The notes under the pieces are model-generated. The model was not told the DNA's origin. It saw nothing but the letters and a program-made list of their open reading frames with translations, and ran no database searches. Below are positions 10,150-23,933 of a stretch of 64,000 bases of DNA, piece by piece. The first letter of the stretch is position 1. Each line of letters begins with the position of its first letter. Location of the stretch: positions 82,770,001 through 82,834,000 of the forward strand of contig OX597824.1 in NCBI GenBank assembly GCA_951406725.2, read 5' to 3'. Source of the stretch: Octopus vulgaris (lineage: Eukaryota). The translations under genes and the position numbers were made by a program.

Positions 10150-10700
10150 ACGATTTTTTTCTCTCTTTTTGGCAGCAATGAGTAGCACAACACTACAAAA
10201 CAGCTTATCATCGAAGACTTTGGACACAAGTATTTATAAATCTCTCCTTCTCCCGACAACACTACCACAGCGACATCAGGTATTTACTACGGCCGAGCAA
10301 TCACGAAAGGATTTTAACTTTGTGTAAAGGCCATGCTGTAGCACCAGCTTTTCAGAGTTGAATGCTCTATGTCATTTTTACTCACCATGTTCTTAGGGAC
10401 TAAACATTATTGTGATCTTTAAGCGTTCTGGTGCATTTCCTATGACCAACACTGGTTTCCCAAGATTAAAGCGTTGGATTTTAGCAATTCGATCTGGTCT
10501 GAGCACTAACGTGGCCAATATCTATTCAACGCTTTTTGGCGTATTCTTATCCATTGTATATTAAACAATTTGTTAATCTTTTCCTTATTCTTTCATAAAG
10601 TTAAATGTCCTATAATATTAAACTCCTAAAAACAGTCTTTGAAAGACTTGGCAGCACTAAATTCATTAGATGCCATAAAGAAGACTTAATGAATTTGGTT
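10150..10700 (-). mobile_element. Possible pogo/Tigger transposase relic
   Basis: Fragments EKINKLFNIQWIRIRQK (CENP-B HTH-like) and KPVLVIGNAPE..LVPKNMVS (cf. LLILDNAPGH..FLPPNTTS). The similarity is weak. Confidence 0.3.
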
Positions 10701-11419
10701 TTAAGCAAAACTTAGTAAAGACCAATTTGCATCTTTTTATTAAGAGGATCTCCTGATTATTTGTTGGATCTCCTGATTACGTACAGCTACCAAGACTTCT
10801 CCACCTCAAGGAGTACGCCATGCATGAATAAAATAGTTACGAATAAAAAAATTGAACCCAAAACTGACTAACAATGCACTTGGTTATATAATCAAACTAT
10901 TTTATTGCAATGTTTCGAGGTACCCTAAGCGACCTCTTGGGGGAACACCAGTTGGGAAATATTGTTTCAGGTCTTTTATGCCATCTCAATGTGTAATCCA
11001 GTGGTTTTAGTTAGGCTTATTTTAGTTTTTGCATGGATAAGTAACATCTCTTAAAGACAGGTCGATGAACTGGTGGAGACTGGTCTTTTTCTTTCTGTTT
11101 TTATTGCCGTAGTAACTTTAATTCATATTCTTCCGAATTCATGTTGCAAATATGTTTTTACAATGTATAAATAAGCCGTTAATAAAAACGACGTTTTAGC
11201 TATTGCTGTATGGTCTGAGACGGGTTAGTCTTAAAATACTCCAGCAAAGACAACAATCTATTACAGGCATCATTCCTAAGATCAACTGGCAAACACTTCC
11301 TCTTCTAACGACTCTAGATAGACTGAGGTAATGTAATAATAATAATACGTATTGCTTCAAGATATTATGATGGGAGCTAAATCTAGATAAAACACCTGTC
11401 TATTGTAGAAACCACCACC

Positions 11420-11800
11420 AGATAATCTGCATTTTATTCTGTTACCAGATGTAGTTTTAAAGTTCAGATCAGTTCATCTGTTTCTTATTCCGCCACCAGA
11501 TTATTCTGAGTTCGTATCAGTTCATCTGTCTCTTATTTAGTCACCAGATGTAGTTTTAAATTCAGGTCAGTTCACTTGTTTCCTATTCAGTCACGAAGAT
11601 ATTCTAAGCTCAAATCAATTTGAACTTATTTTGTTTCTTATTCAGTCACAAAATGTCGTTCTCACTTCAGATCAGTTCATCTGTTCCCTATTCAGCCATT
11701 AGATAAAAGTTTTTGAGTTCTAATCAATTAATCTCCATCCTATTTTGTTACCGGACGTTGCTTTGAGTTTAGATCATTTCACCTACTTTCTGTAAAGCCA
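11420..11800. repeat. Degenerate ~50-bp minisatellite, about 7-8 copies
   Basis: Unit approximately CACCAGATGTAGTTTTGAGTTCAGATCAGTTCATCTGTTTCTTATTCAGT. Confidence 0.8.
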
Positions 11801-14636
11801 TGAAATAATCTGAACTGAGATTAGTTCATCTTTCCCATTGAGCCACTCGTTATAGTCCTCAGTTCAACTCCAGCCAAGATCAGTACTGCCTATTGTCTTT
11901 TCTTCCAACGAAGGCAAAACAAAAAGTACCAGTCATGCACTAAGGTTGGCCTGCATCTCAAACCCATAGGATGCGTAGTCATGTGTAAGGTGTAATAAAT
12001 TGATTCAATGTGTAGCAGCAATCAGTAAAAAATGTAGTTGACGTTGGTTGGATTCGAACACTGAACATACAGAGATGCGACAAAATACTGCAAGACTGTT
12101 TGTAAAGCGATCTATTGATTCAGCCAACTCGTCGCCATTTACGTCCAACCATCACATTTCCATTTTGCCGGTCCATTTACCGATTCTGTCATCTTATCGA
12201 ACGTTATCGATTCTTAATATCGAGCTTGAGACGTAGTCGTTTATCCAGATCCTCGTTATTCGACCGGACGAGAAGCAACGTTTGACTTCGGCAGGATTTG
12301 AACTTAGAATGTAAGAAACAAGTCGCGAAATATCACAGGCATTTTATCCGGTTCTTTTACCTATTGTATACATTATCCACAAGAACCTTGTTAACGCGTT
12401 AATAATGAAATAACTATGGCTAATAGAAACAGCAAGCTAGAAAATCCATATTATTTTACGAATATAAATTATTGAAAATTAGAAAAAAACTCGGAAAACT
12501 GTAAATATATTATTTGTAAATATAATTTTATTTTATTTCATTTGGAAATTTTACAATTTTCTTAAATCTCTTTCTTTTTTTCTTTTTCGGCATTTTTCAT
12601 TTATATATATATATATATTTTATCGATATTTTTAATTTGTTTTCTGGGGTTTTTTTCCAAGTATATTTGAAATTGTTTTATTCGTTCATTAGTTTTCACA
12701 AATCACACTCTTTATATATATATCTTTATATATATATATATCTTTATATATATATATATATCTTTATATATATATATATATACATACATACATACATATA
12801 TACATACACTCACACACACATTACTGGAGTCTAATACTTAACATTAGATACATTACCAAGCTTAAAGACAACAAGTGGAATGGTCACGATTGGCTATCTT
12901 TGATCATAGGTCTGCTTTATTTATAAAGGACAACCTTGGGCTAAAAAACATCAGCTACGAAATACACGCGATATAATATATTCTTCCATACATTAAGTCT
13001 GAAAAGAAAAATACGACGAGACAGCCACGACTGGAATATATTTGACTTATATACGTCCGTCTGATTAGGCCTGAAGATGTTTTAAGATTAATGGAATATT
13101 TGTTGAGACAGCAATTAGGTAAATAAAGATATATTGCGCACCTAATTTTTTTTTTTAATTTTCTGTGTCTGTGTGTAAGGCTCACAGTAAAATACAAACG
13201 ATTGTAAAAGCTATGCTCGCATCGATATATACACGCACGCACACAAGTGTGTGTGTGGTTGGCAATGATGGAAGACGTCCGTCGTTTCATCAACTGAATT
13301 ACCTGCTCCTGAATTAGCGTAGGAAATGGCCAAAGCATTCGACACACGTGTAACCTTAACGTAATTTCTGCGGCAGAATCAGCTTACCATATGTGTGTGT
13401 GTGTGTGATGAAGATGTACCGTTTTGAATTACAAATACAATCAACCTGACGGGCTTCTGTCTCTTTTAATTTTATTCACACGGTTAGAACAGAAAATTGA
13501 CAAAATCCCCACCTCACCGCACCCCAGAATGTTACGCAGCGTGAAGTGAAGGTTTTGATCTTTCGGTTATATTGCTCCTATTAATGCAAGGGGCTACGGG
13601 TATACGACTACTTTCTGTATGGAAACCTAAAAGACAACCTTATCTTTGACATAAATAGACAATTCTAATTTAATTCTGGTATTGAGCACTCTTAAGCTTT
13701 TTTTCGTAAAACGATGCCGTTTAGAATCCATCGCCCTGTCTAACCAACGAATAATAAACACATGTAAATACATACGAATATCATTAGACAAGACAATGTA
13801 TTTGCACGTCGGCTCTTCCATATTATTTCACACAATAATTATGTTTAAAGCTACAGTGGGTTTCCTAAATTGACTTCACAAAAGCTTATATTAAAACTCT
13901 CTCTCTTGCCTTAAAACGTGCACGTACTTAATAAACTGCACAAATAGTATGCATATATATATTTATATATATATATATATTATGGTTTCTAACATTGCAC
14001 AAGGTAACCAATTTGGGGGTGGAAGAAATGGTATATAGATTAGATACGCTTCAGTCCTTGGGTGTTCCTTTAGAACGTATTTTATCGATGCCCAGCAGAT
14101 TAAATCTAAAGTCGTTCTCGGCGAGAATCGAACTCAGAACTGCAAAATATTTTGTCTGAGACGTTACCAATTCATCCATCCAGCAGTTTACATTAACAAC
14201 TAACCAAATTTTTTTATTTATTTTAAGCAAAGGCACAAGGAAGGGATTTAGTCAATATTATTGATCGTCGGTATTTAATTGTTACTTAATATTTTTTTGA
14301 ACCCGGGGATGGAAAGCCAAGTTGACCAAAGCTGAATTTGAACGTAAACAACCGGAATAGATAACGTAAAGGCATTTTCACAGACGTTCTAACGATTGTA
14401 CGTTCGAATCCATCGCCCTGTCTAACCAACGAATAATAAAATAACGTTTTGATTGTCAAAATTTTGCTGTCCACAATTTTCTGCATATAGTGGTGTATGT
14501 AGAAATAAAAACAGCTAAAAACTAATCCGTATTTCGAGCTATTACATATTTCTCTAATCCAAACATTTTTTCGCCTTCTTTTACTTAATTCTTTCTTGAA
14601 TATAAACCAAAATTTCAAAGAAACAAAGTATTACTT

Positions 14637-14839
14637 GAAGCATATTCTGTTGTGTCTGGGGAGAGTCATTCTCTTTTTGTGCCTTATAATTTAACACACA
14701 CACCGGTAAAATTTCCACTTATTTCTTAATTTTTATTTTCTAAAATTTTCAATAGTCTTGACTGACTATTGATTGAAAAAGGTTGCAAGACGCAACGAAA
14801 ATTTTAGAAAATAAAAATAAGTGGAAATTTTTACCGGTG
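14637..14839. mobile_element. Foldback (Penelope pLTR-like) insertion with a 12-bp TSD
   Basis: AAAGTATTACTT at 14625-14636 and 14840-14851. Inverted arms CACCGGTAAAATTTCCACTTATTT..TTTTCTAAAATTTTC / GAAAATTTTAGAAAA..AAATAAGTGGAAATTTTTACCGGTG. Confidence 0.65.
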
Positions 14840-15244
14840 AAAGTATTACTTATTCTGGACGTAAAAGAATGGATCGTTAGTAAAGCTAAGTGGAGCACAA
14901 GTGGTGGACACTTTGAGGTGCTAGAAATAGATAGTCATTTAAATCGTCTCTTTTATTGACCTACGAACGATATATGTGAAAATGGATAGGTGCTGGGGTT
15001 TGAACTCAGAGTATCAACTAAATATTGTGAGATTGTTGTTGTTTTTGGTCGAGTACTCTATAAAATTGTAACCTGTCCAACACCATTTATACGTTTTTTT
15101 TTTATGCGTTTCAACCCGAAGGTTGCGGCCATGCTGGGACACACACACAACACATACAAACATATGTGCGTTCATATGCATATAAAATGTACACATACAT
15201 GTGCACGTGTACACACACACACACAAAAGAGAGGCTACCATACA

Positions 15245-15280
<36 letters not shown>

Positions 15281-15322
15281 TTTGATGCAGACAACACCTG
15301 CATAAGATATTTAAGCGCAACT

Positions 15323-15355
<33 letters not shown>

Positions 15356-16026
15356 AGAAGAAGAAGAACACAAGAGGTCACACTTCAGTTGAAGGTCACT
15401 AGTGAAGCCATGGCTTAGCATTATTGAAACTCCCAAGACCAACGCCAACGTCATCCTCCACCCTCACCATCGCAATCACGACCACCACCACCACCATCAC
15501 CATCATCAACAACAATAACGACATCATCATCATCATCACCACCAACAACAACGCCGACAACACCTGTTACTAGAGAGATACTACTGCTACTATCAAAAGC
15601 TACTAGTTACAACGTGGAATAAATAAGCTTGGCTCGAAATACTAGTAAAAAATAGTAGTAGCAGTTGTATGGCAACTACAGTATCCCTCAAACCACACCC
15701 TGTCGTCTTAAATAAAGAACATAGGAATAATATATTCTTCTGAAGCAAAAAAAAAAAAACATGATAAATAAATGAATATATAAATATGCGACGTGATGGT
15801 CATGATTTGACAGTCGATTATCATAAATCTACTCGACCAGGGGCCGACTGTATAACAAACAACAAATATTATAGTAACGATAAGCTCACACCATGCTTTA
15901 TTTCTTTGGTACTACTAGGCTGTTGTAACTAACGATTATTCTGCATTAAATAGGGATTATTATTTATTTTTTTTATATTTCGTTAGTTATTATTATTATT
16001 ATCATTATTGTTATTATTATTATCAA

Positions 16027-16067
<41 letters not shown>

Positions 16068-16969
16068 TGTCTGTCTGTTTATCTTGGTTGGGCCGACCGC
16101 GCGGCTGCCCGACCGACGGTGCAGACGTTTTTTGTTTGTCAAACCCCGCCTATCGCTGTGTTTTCCGATTCAGAGCAGGAAAGCCCACTACTAACAAAGC
16201 CCCCACCACCACCACTACCATCACCCTCACACCACCACCACCACCAACAACAACATCTATTACTATTCCTACTACAGCTACTACTACTACTACAACTGTT
16301 ACTACGATTGCTTACACCAATGGAAACGATTCTTAGCAGCATCAAATATTGACAGCTGTATTAACACCATCACCACCAGCAGCAACATCAACAACAACAG
16401 CAACAATAATAAAATAATAATAATAATAATAATACTATAAAAAGAAAAATACAGGATATTGCGGAAAATATTCGCGCTAACAAGTGCGGAATTGACCGGA
16501 GGGAAGGGCAGGTAACTCTCGTAGCTAACACAAAACCTGCATTGGTTTTTGACTGCAATGCAGTGTGGTGGTGGCGACGGCGGCGGTGATGCTGATGTGG
16601 TGGGGGGGAGGAGAGGGAAGAGATAGAATTTGGAACACAAGGTGCAACCATGCCAACAGCATTAAAATATTCTTTTATTCTTTTTTTTTTTTTTTAATTT
16701 ACTCGTTTCATCCATTGGACTTGCGGCCACGCTGGGGCACCCACCGCCTTACATACAGCAAGGGTTTCTTTTCCTTTTCTTTCCTTTGTTTTTTTTTTGT
16801 TTTTTTTTGCTGTTGTTTTTTTTGTTTTGTTTTCCAATCGATTTTATCGATCCTAATGTTTATTCCAGTCTGGCGCTAATTATATTGATCACTTTTCGTC
16901 GAACCGCTAATTATACGAAAACACTCACACATCCATCCATATGTACGTGCATGTCTGTCTGTCTGTATG

Positions 16970-17049
<80 letters not shown>

Positions 17050-17325
17050 TGGAGCATGATAAGACAACTGAAAGACGGACTTGCGCGCGCGCACACACAC
17101 ACACACCAGGGTCTCTGCAGAGTTTCGGTCTGCCAAAGCTATAATAGGAAACATGATGCCATGTTGTGGATAGAACACAACCACATGGCAGAGAAACGAG
17201 CCATGATGGATGGCATATATATATATATATATATATACTTAAATAAATATTTCTTTGTAGTTTGATGGTAGGTGATCTATTTCTAGCATACGGCCGACTA
17301 CCTAGTGGTCTTGCCCTTTGAATAT

Positions 17326-17384
<59 letters not shown>

Positions 17385-17839
17385 CGAATAAGCATGCACA
17401 GAGACACAAGGACGTGTGAATTCAAATAATTAAACAATTAACAAAATAACTTCTAAGAGAGGTACACGGCCAGAATTTTCAAGGGACGAACAGAGAAAGG
17501 AGTGGTAGCTACTTATTGTTACAAATGCGCCCCAGTTAGGGGAAATGCAAAACTCGACACCTCGGCTGGATTTGAATTCAGCACGCCCGAACATCGAAGC
17601 TAAATGTCGCAATGCATTTTTGGTTCGACGCTTCGTCGATTGTACAGCCATTATTCTCTCACTGCGCGCGTGCGAATATACACGTGTATACACGCACATA
17701 TATATAATATATATATATATATATACACCAGTCATGAATACATAGTACAATACAGAGCAAATGCTGGGTGTTTATGCATACATTAAAGTGCAAGCTATGC
17801 TGTATTAGGCATGGGAAGTGGGTGGGTAATGTATTTATA

Positions 17840-17985
17840 ATGTATGTATACAAGGTGCTATATATACGTGTGTATATGTATACAAGGTGCTATACATTTA
17901 TGTGTGTGTGTGTGTATGTATACAAGGTGCTATATATATATATATATGTGTGTGTATGTATACAAGGTGCTATATATATATGTGT
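17840..17985. repeat. Tandem TGTATACAAGGTGCTATA unit x4 with TG/TA spacers
   Basis: Directly visible in the sequence. Confidence 0.8.
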
Positions 17986-18413
17986 GTATGTATACACAGT
18001 ACATGGTAGTGTACAACAATAGAAAGGTGTGTATACAATCAAATGCAACAATAGATATATATGAGTAAATGTGTACGAGTGCGCGTGCACTTAAAGGTAC
18101 ACAAGTGTTCTAGTAGTACAAGGAATGTGTGTGCATGCGCGTGCATGCATGTGTGTGTGTATGTGTGTGTGTGTGTGTCTACTGAGCACATGTCACGAAG
18201 AAGCAATAACAACAACTATTACTGCTGGTACAAATCCCTCGTGTCAATCAACATCGCCAGACAGCAAGTGTTGATTGGTGAGTGACACGTTGCTGATGTG
18301 TACATAGATATTGCACACATATATGTACACTATTATGTAGTACAGTATTGTAGTGTGTGTTGTGCAGTGGCGTTATGTGTATGAAATTGAAGCGTATAGT
18401 AGTATAGTAGTAT

Positions 18414-18795
18414 AGGCGCCGGAGTGGCTGTGCCTGTGTGGTGAGTAGCTTGCTTACCAACCACATGGTTCCGGGTTCATTCCCAGTGCCTGGCACCTTG
18501 GGCAAGTGTCTTCTACTATAACATCGAGCCGACCAAAGCCTTGTGTACCTGTTTAAGACACACATTCAAAGGGGCTCGGTAAACAGTTACGCCCGAGGGC
18601 CCTTAATGCTCTCAGTCCGCCCCTGTGTATCTGTAATTCAAAGGGTCATCCTTATCACATTGAATATCCTACAGAATCTATGTTAAGGGTTTCGCGTGTC
18701 TGTGGAGTACTCAGCCACTTGCACGCTAATTTCACTAGAAGGTTGTTCCGTTGATTTGATGAACTGGAACTGATCCTCCATCATAAGCGACGGAG
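18414..18795. mobile_element. SINE 5' half (+) abutting another repeat fragment
   Basis: GGAGTGGCTGTG..GGTTCCGGGTTC..GGCACCTTGGGCAAGTGTCTTCTACTATA. Confidence 0.7.
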
Positions 18796-19052
18796 TTCCA
18801 ATAGTCATACAGTGTGCAGTACGTTTTATAGTGTTGTGGTATTTAGCTTGCATTGTAGTGTAGGCTGCAGTATGTTGAGTGGTACAGTGTTGCAGAATGT
18901 GGTGGTATAGTACATAGTATATGTTGTAGTGATAATAGGAGTAGACGTGGCCGTTGCGGCATGAAGTTTGCTTCCTAACCACATGGTCTCGAGTTCAGTA
19001 CAACTTTCGGTAAGTGTCTTCTACTATAGCCCCAGGCCGACAAAGATGACTG

Positions 19053-19112
<60 letters not shown>

Positions 19113-19254
19113 CATACATACATACATAATACATACATACATATGGACGTGAGTATGCATGAACTTGTGTATGTGTGTTTCAGTCACGAGGTCAAAGTGA
19201 AAGTAGACCAAATCCACTCACGAGGTCAAAATGAAAGTAGACTTGTGTATCTTT

Positions 19255-19527
19255 ACTTTTTTACTTGTTTCACTCATTTGAGCGCAGCCATGCTGGAGCA
19301 ACGCCTTAAGGGTTTCTTTTGGTTTTTTTTTTTTGAGTGGAAGAAATCGACCCGAGGACTTATTCTTTATAAGCCTAGAGTACTTATTCTATCGGTCACT
19401 TTTGCCGAACCGCTAGGATACGGAGAGGTAAACACACGAACATCGGTTGTCAAGCGATGGTGGGGGGGGGGGCAAATACAGACACATACACACACAAATA
19501 TATATATATGACAGGCTTCTTTCAGTT
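19255..19527 (-). mobile_element. Major SINE, 3' portion
   Basis: Matches 52611-52860. Confidence 0.8.
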
Positions 19528-19749
19528 CCGTTATTCGAAAAAAAGTTCGTTTTCTATATTATCGTTTTTTTATGTTCTCGTTTCTCATTCAGTCCACGTG
19601 TTTTTGATGTCCTGTACCCATATATGCATGTATATATATATGCATACATATGTAGGCATATACATACATGTATGTATATATGCATGTATGTATATATTAT
19701 TTATATTACTATATCATCAAACGTCACGCATCCCTTTCCAAGTTATATC

Positions 19750-19807
<58 letters not shown>

Positions 19808-19810
19808 TAT

Positions 19811-19918
19811 AAAAGGAAATGAAGAAAATGCTGACAAAATAATTTAAGTAATTTAAGTAATTTAATTAGGTGAAAGTTCTTTTTACCGGTTGCGCATTTG
19901 TTATGCTTATCAAAAGAG
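19811..19918 (-). mobile_element. Penelope-like pLTR fragment with a UUGAUAA-core hammerhead relic
   Basis: Minus 19918-19878: CTCTT-TTGATAA-GCAT AACAA ATGC-GCAA-CCGG-TA-AAAAGA; adjacent to (TA)n. Confidence 0.45.
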
Positions 19919-20040
19919 ACCGATAGAATAAGTACTGGGCATATACAAAGAATAAGTCCCGGGGTCGATTTGCTCGACTAAAGGCGGTGCTCCAGCATGG
20001 CCGCAGTCAAATGACTGAAACAAGTAAAAGAGTAAAAGAG
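19912..20040 (+). mobile_element. Major SINE 3' end, low divergence
   Basis: GAGACCGATAGAATAAGTACTGGG...GACTGAAACAAGTAAAAGAG. Confidence 0.85.
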
Positions 20041-20269
20041 TATATATATATATATATGCAATGCTACGTATGTGCATGTTTATATACATGTATGTGTGTG
20101 TGTGTGGACACGTGTCTGTGTGCGACGCATGCGCATGTTGTTGTATCCACATGTAATGGGAGAGTGGTGTATGTATGCATGTTTATTGTGATATAGCACG
20201 TGTTACGCGTATGTGTTCGTCTACCAATTTCAGTCTTTCGCCGCCTCCCTCCTCCTCGCCCCTGATATC

Positions 20270-20341
20270 TTACACTGACGTAACTCAGACTCTGTCTCCC
20301 TCTTTCTCTCTACTCCTCCTCCCTCCTTTTCTCTATCCTCT

Positions 20342-20379
<38 letters not shown>

Positions 20380-20520
20380 AGATAAAAGCGAAACATCGAC
20401 AACGCTTCCTCTCGTCTCTTTTCCCCACACTTTACCAAAGCTACATTTTCCTAGTTGCTATAGCAATCGATAATCGATCGGAAATCGTTCGCTAACGGTA
20501 ACCTTGGCAACGTTGCAAAG
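20270..20520. promoter_or_regulatory. Candidate enhancer/promoter with paired RFX X-boxes and a CRE-like site
   Basis: GTTGCTATAGCAAT 20454-20467, GTAACCTTGGCAAC 20498-20511 and TGACGTAA 20276-20283; CpG-rich. Confidence 0.4.
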
Positions 20521-20677
20521 GCTTGTTGTACGTTGCCTGTGAACTTATTAAATGAATTAGGAGTTTGCATAACCACGGAAACACAAAAACGTTTATATAC
20601 ATCCGTGCACGTGTGAGTGTATATATACACGTAATTTTGTGTGTGTGTATATATATGTGTCTATACAAATGCACACA

Positions 20678-20717
<40 letters not shown>

Positions 20718-21059
20718 GCTTAAGACGAAGAATTCATATATGCAACCATCTTCTGTAAATACATTTTAAAACCATATCATGCTTGTGTGTCTGTGTGTCC
20801 TTGCTTGTTTGTGTCTGCCGGTGTTTTTTTAGTTGCATCCCTTTGCGCGTTAGAAAAAAAAAACAAGAACGACAACAGAAAAATAAATTTTCACTTAACG
20901 ATCCAACAAAGAGATATCGATAAAACGAGTACTAACTAACAGACTGGGATTAAATAATTATTAGGGGCTTCGATATGACCAAGAACAATAACAAACAATA
21001 AAGACGGTGGTGCCCCAGCATGGCCTCGGTCTAATGACAGAAAAAACTAGCAATAGATT

Positions 21060-21113
21060 TATAATGATGATGATGATGATAATAATAATAATGGTAATAT
21101 TTACTACTACTAC

Positions 21114-21151
<38 letters not shown>

Positions 21152-21203
21152 GTAATAATAATAATAGTAATAATGGTAAAACTATTACTACTACTACTAC
21201 TAC

Positions 21204-21247
<44 letters not shown>

Positions 21248-21894
21248 GTAATAATAATAATAATAATAACGGTAAAACTACTACTACTAATAATAATAGT
21301 AATAATGGTAAAACTACTACTACTACTAATAATAATAATAATGATAATAATTCAGTGTTTTATTGGCCACAGGGGCCAATATAAATAGGCATAAAATGAC
21401 ATAACTTAAAAGACAACACAATACAAATGATAATAATAGTAATAATGATGGTGATGATGATGATGATGATATCTTTTATTAGCCACAAGGGTAATAATAA
21501 TTATTATTATTACTACTACGGTCACGAACATCACCATCACCATCATCATCATCACCATCACCATCATCATCATCACCATCATCATCATCACCATCATCAT
21601 CATCTAAATTATCTATCAGCTTCATGACAATTTCTCATCACGTCACAACCTTTATTGCCATGACCACCGTCTCCACCACCACGAACCTCATCATCATCAT
21701 CATCATAATCATCGTTGCCATCGTTATTGTCATCTTCTTCCTGCTCCTCATCATGATCATCATAATCATCATCATCATCACCACTAGCATTATCACCGGC
21801 CACCCATATAATTATCTTATGAAAAAAAAAGTATACGCTTCCTTTAGACCAACCTATAATTACTGCAGTAATAATAATAATAATATTAATAATA

Positions 21895-21939
<45 letters not shown>

Positions 21940-22178
21940 GCTATCTACGTCATTACTGTATAGTATGTTAAATTTACCATTTTTACTGTTGCTATCACAG
22001 CATTTCATCATCACCATCACCATCATCATCACCATCATCGTCGTCACCACCACCACCACCTCCACCATCATTATCACCACCACCTCCACCATCATCATCA
22101 TCATCATCATCATCACCATCACCACCACCACAACCACCACCTCCACCACCACCACACACACAGCACATTCAAGGTCCA

Positions 22179-22209
<31 letters not shown>

Positions 22210-22330
22210 ATTTACAAATCTCCCTACCACCCACTCCCACCACCCACCTCCCACCACCACCACATTTCAATCAGGTCTTCAAACAGTTACTACTGCTTCA
22301 TCATCATCATCATCATCATCATGTTATACA
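21060..22330. repeat. Trinucleotide microsatellite field (AAT/TAC/CAT/GAT/CAC)
   Basis: Directly visible in the sequence. Confidence 0.9.
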
Positions 22331-22735
22331 CCCAGGCACTTTGTCACTCCTACCATTTCTAGTATAGTGTCTGTGTGTGTGTGTATGTGTATGCAGTATA
22401 TTCATATATGTATAGTAATGTATGTATGTATGTATGTATGTATGTATGTATGTATGTGTGTGTATACATGTACAGCGTGCGATATCATGTATGTATACTA
22501 CAGAATGTATAAAATGTGTATTTGTGGGTGTGTGAGTATCTGTGTATAGTGTGTCGTGTACACGTATGTATAATGTTTGCATACGGTGTACGCGTGTATA
22601 ATGTTTGTACGTGTGGTGTATAAGTGACATTACAGCCTGTAGTATATATTATGTGTTTAGTGTATGTACGTTATATATTGTGGCGTGTGTATAGCACAGA
22701 GTGTGTATAATATCTAATGTGATATTTTTACACAC

Positions 22736-22828
<93 letters not shown>

Positions 22829-22838
22829 GTGTAAAAAA

Positions 22839-22873
<35 letters not shown>

Positions 22874-23902
22874 TTCGAAAAATTTTATCCTATATTAGAT
22901 GTAGATTTTATACAAACATACACATATACATACGTATACACATACGTGTATATATATATATACATAATACACGCACACACATGGGGTGGGGTGTTTTCCG
23001 TCACAATACGACGGCAGCAGCAGGTGTAGGCAATCTAGTGAATTGTGAAGATGGAATCAACTAGCCCCTCCTCCCCATGTCCCTGAAACACCACCATAAC
23101 CTTCATCATCATCATCATCATCATCAACAACAAGACCAGCATCATTACCACTACATCAAACGCTAGCAATATTGGTCGTTTGATCTGCCAGAAATAGCAG
23201 CAAAATCCTCCCTCCCCACCCTCATCACGCACATTGTCTTCGATGAGTAAAAGCTATGTTGACTAATATAGTCTTAGATATCCAAAGATGGGACGGGTAC
23301 GGCTGGAACGTCTTTTGATCACAGGTCTACGACTCTATGAGGATTGATACGGCAACTAAACAACGATATCATGGGCGTTCAGTTTGCTAAAAATAGTAGC
23401 CAAATCCCCTTCAAAGCATATCTTACTATCTTCCAGCACGACACATTAAATAATGTAGTCTATCATATCCTATCGAAAGAGAGTGGTTGGTCATGGCTGG
23501 AGTGCCTATGATCATGGGTCCACTCGGACGGGACTGGTCTAGGGCTAAAAAAACCCAGTTAATACCACCACCACCACCACTATCACCACTACCAAATAAT
23601 ACTATACAGCGTGTCCATGAATTATCGTTACAATTTCCACACTTTCAAACTTCAAATTGTAAAGGTAATTTATGGACGGCCTGTACTACTACAATCAACA
23701 AATCAACATCAAAAGATGGAGGAACAATTAAAGGAGTTTTGGGGGGTTTTCTTTGTTTTTTTTTTTTGACAAGACAACACTATAATGCAACATAGTAACG
23801 TCACCAGGACTCGAACCCACGCCCAGTCAGTTTGACTATTGAGAAACGGCATTTCATGAAGAAGCACAATGAACGAAATAAACCATTGATAATGAAAAAG
23901 AA

Positions 23903-23933
<31 letters not shown>

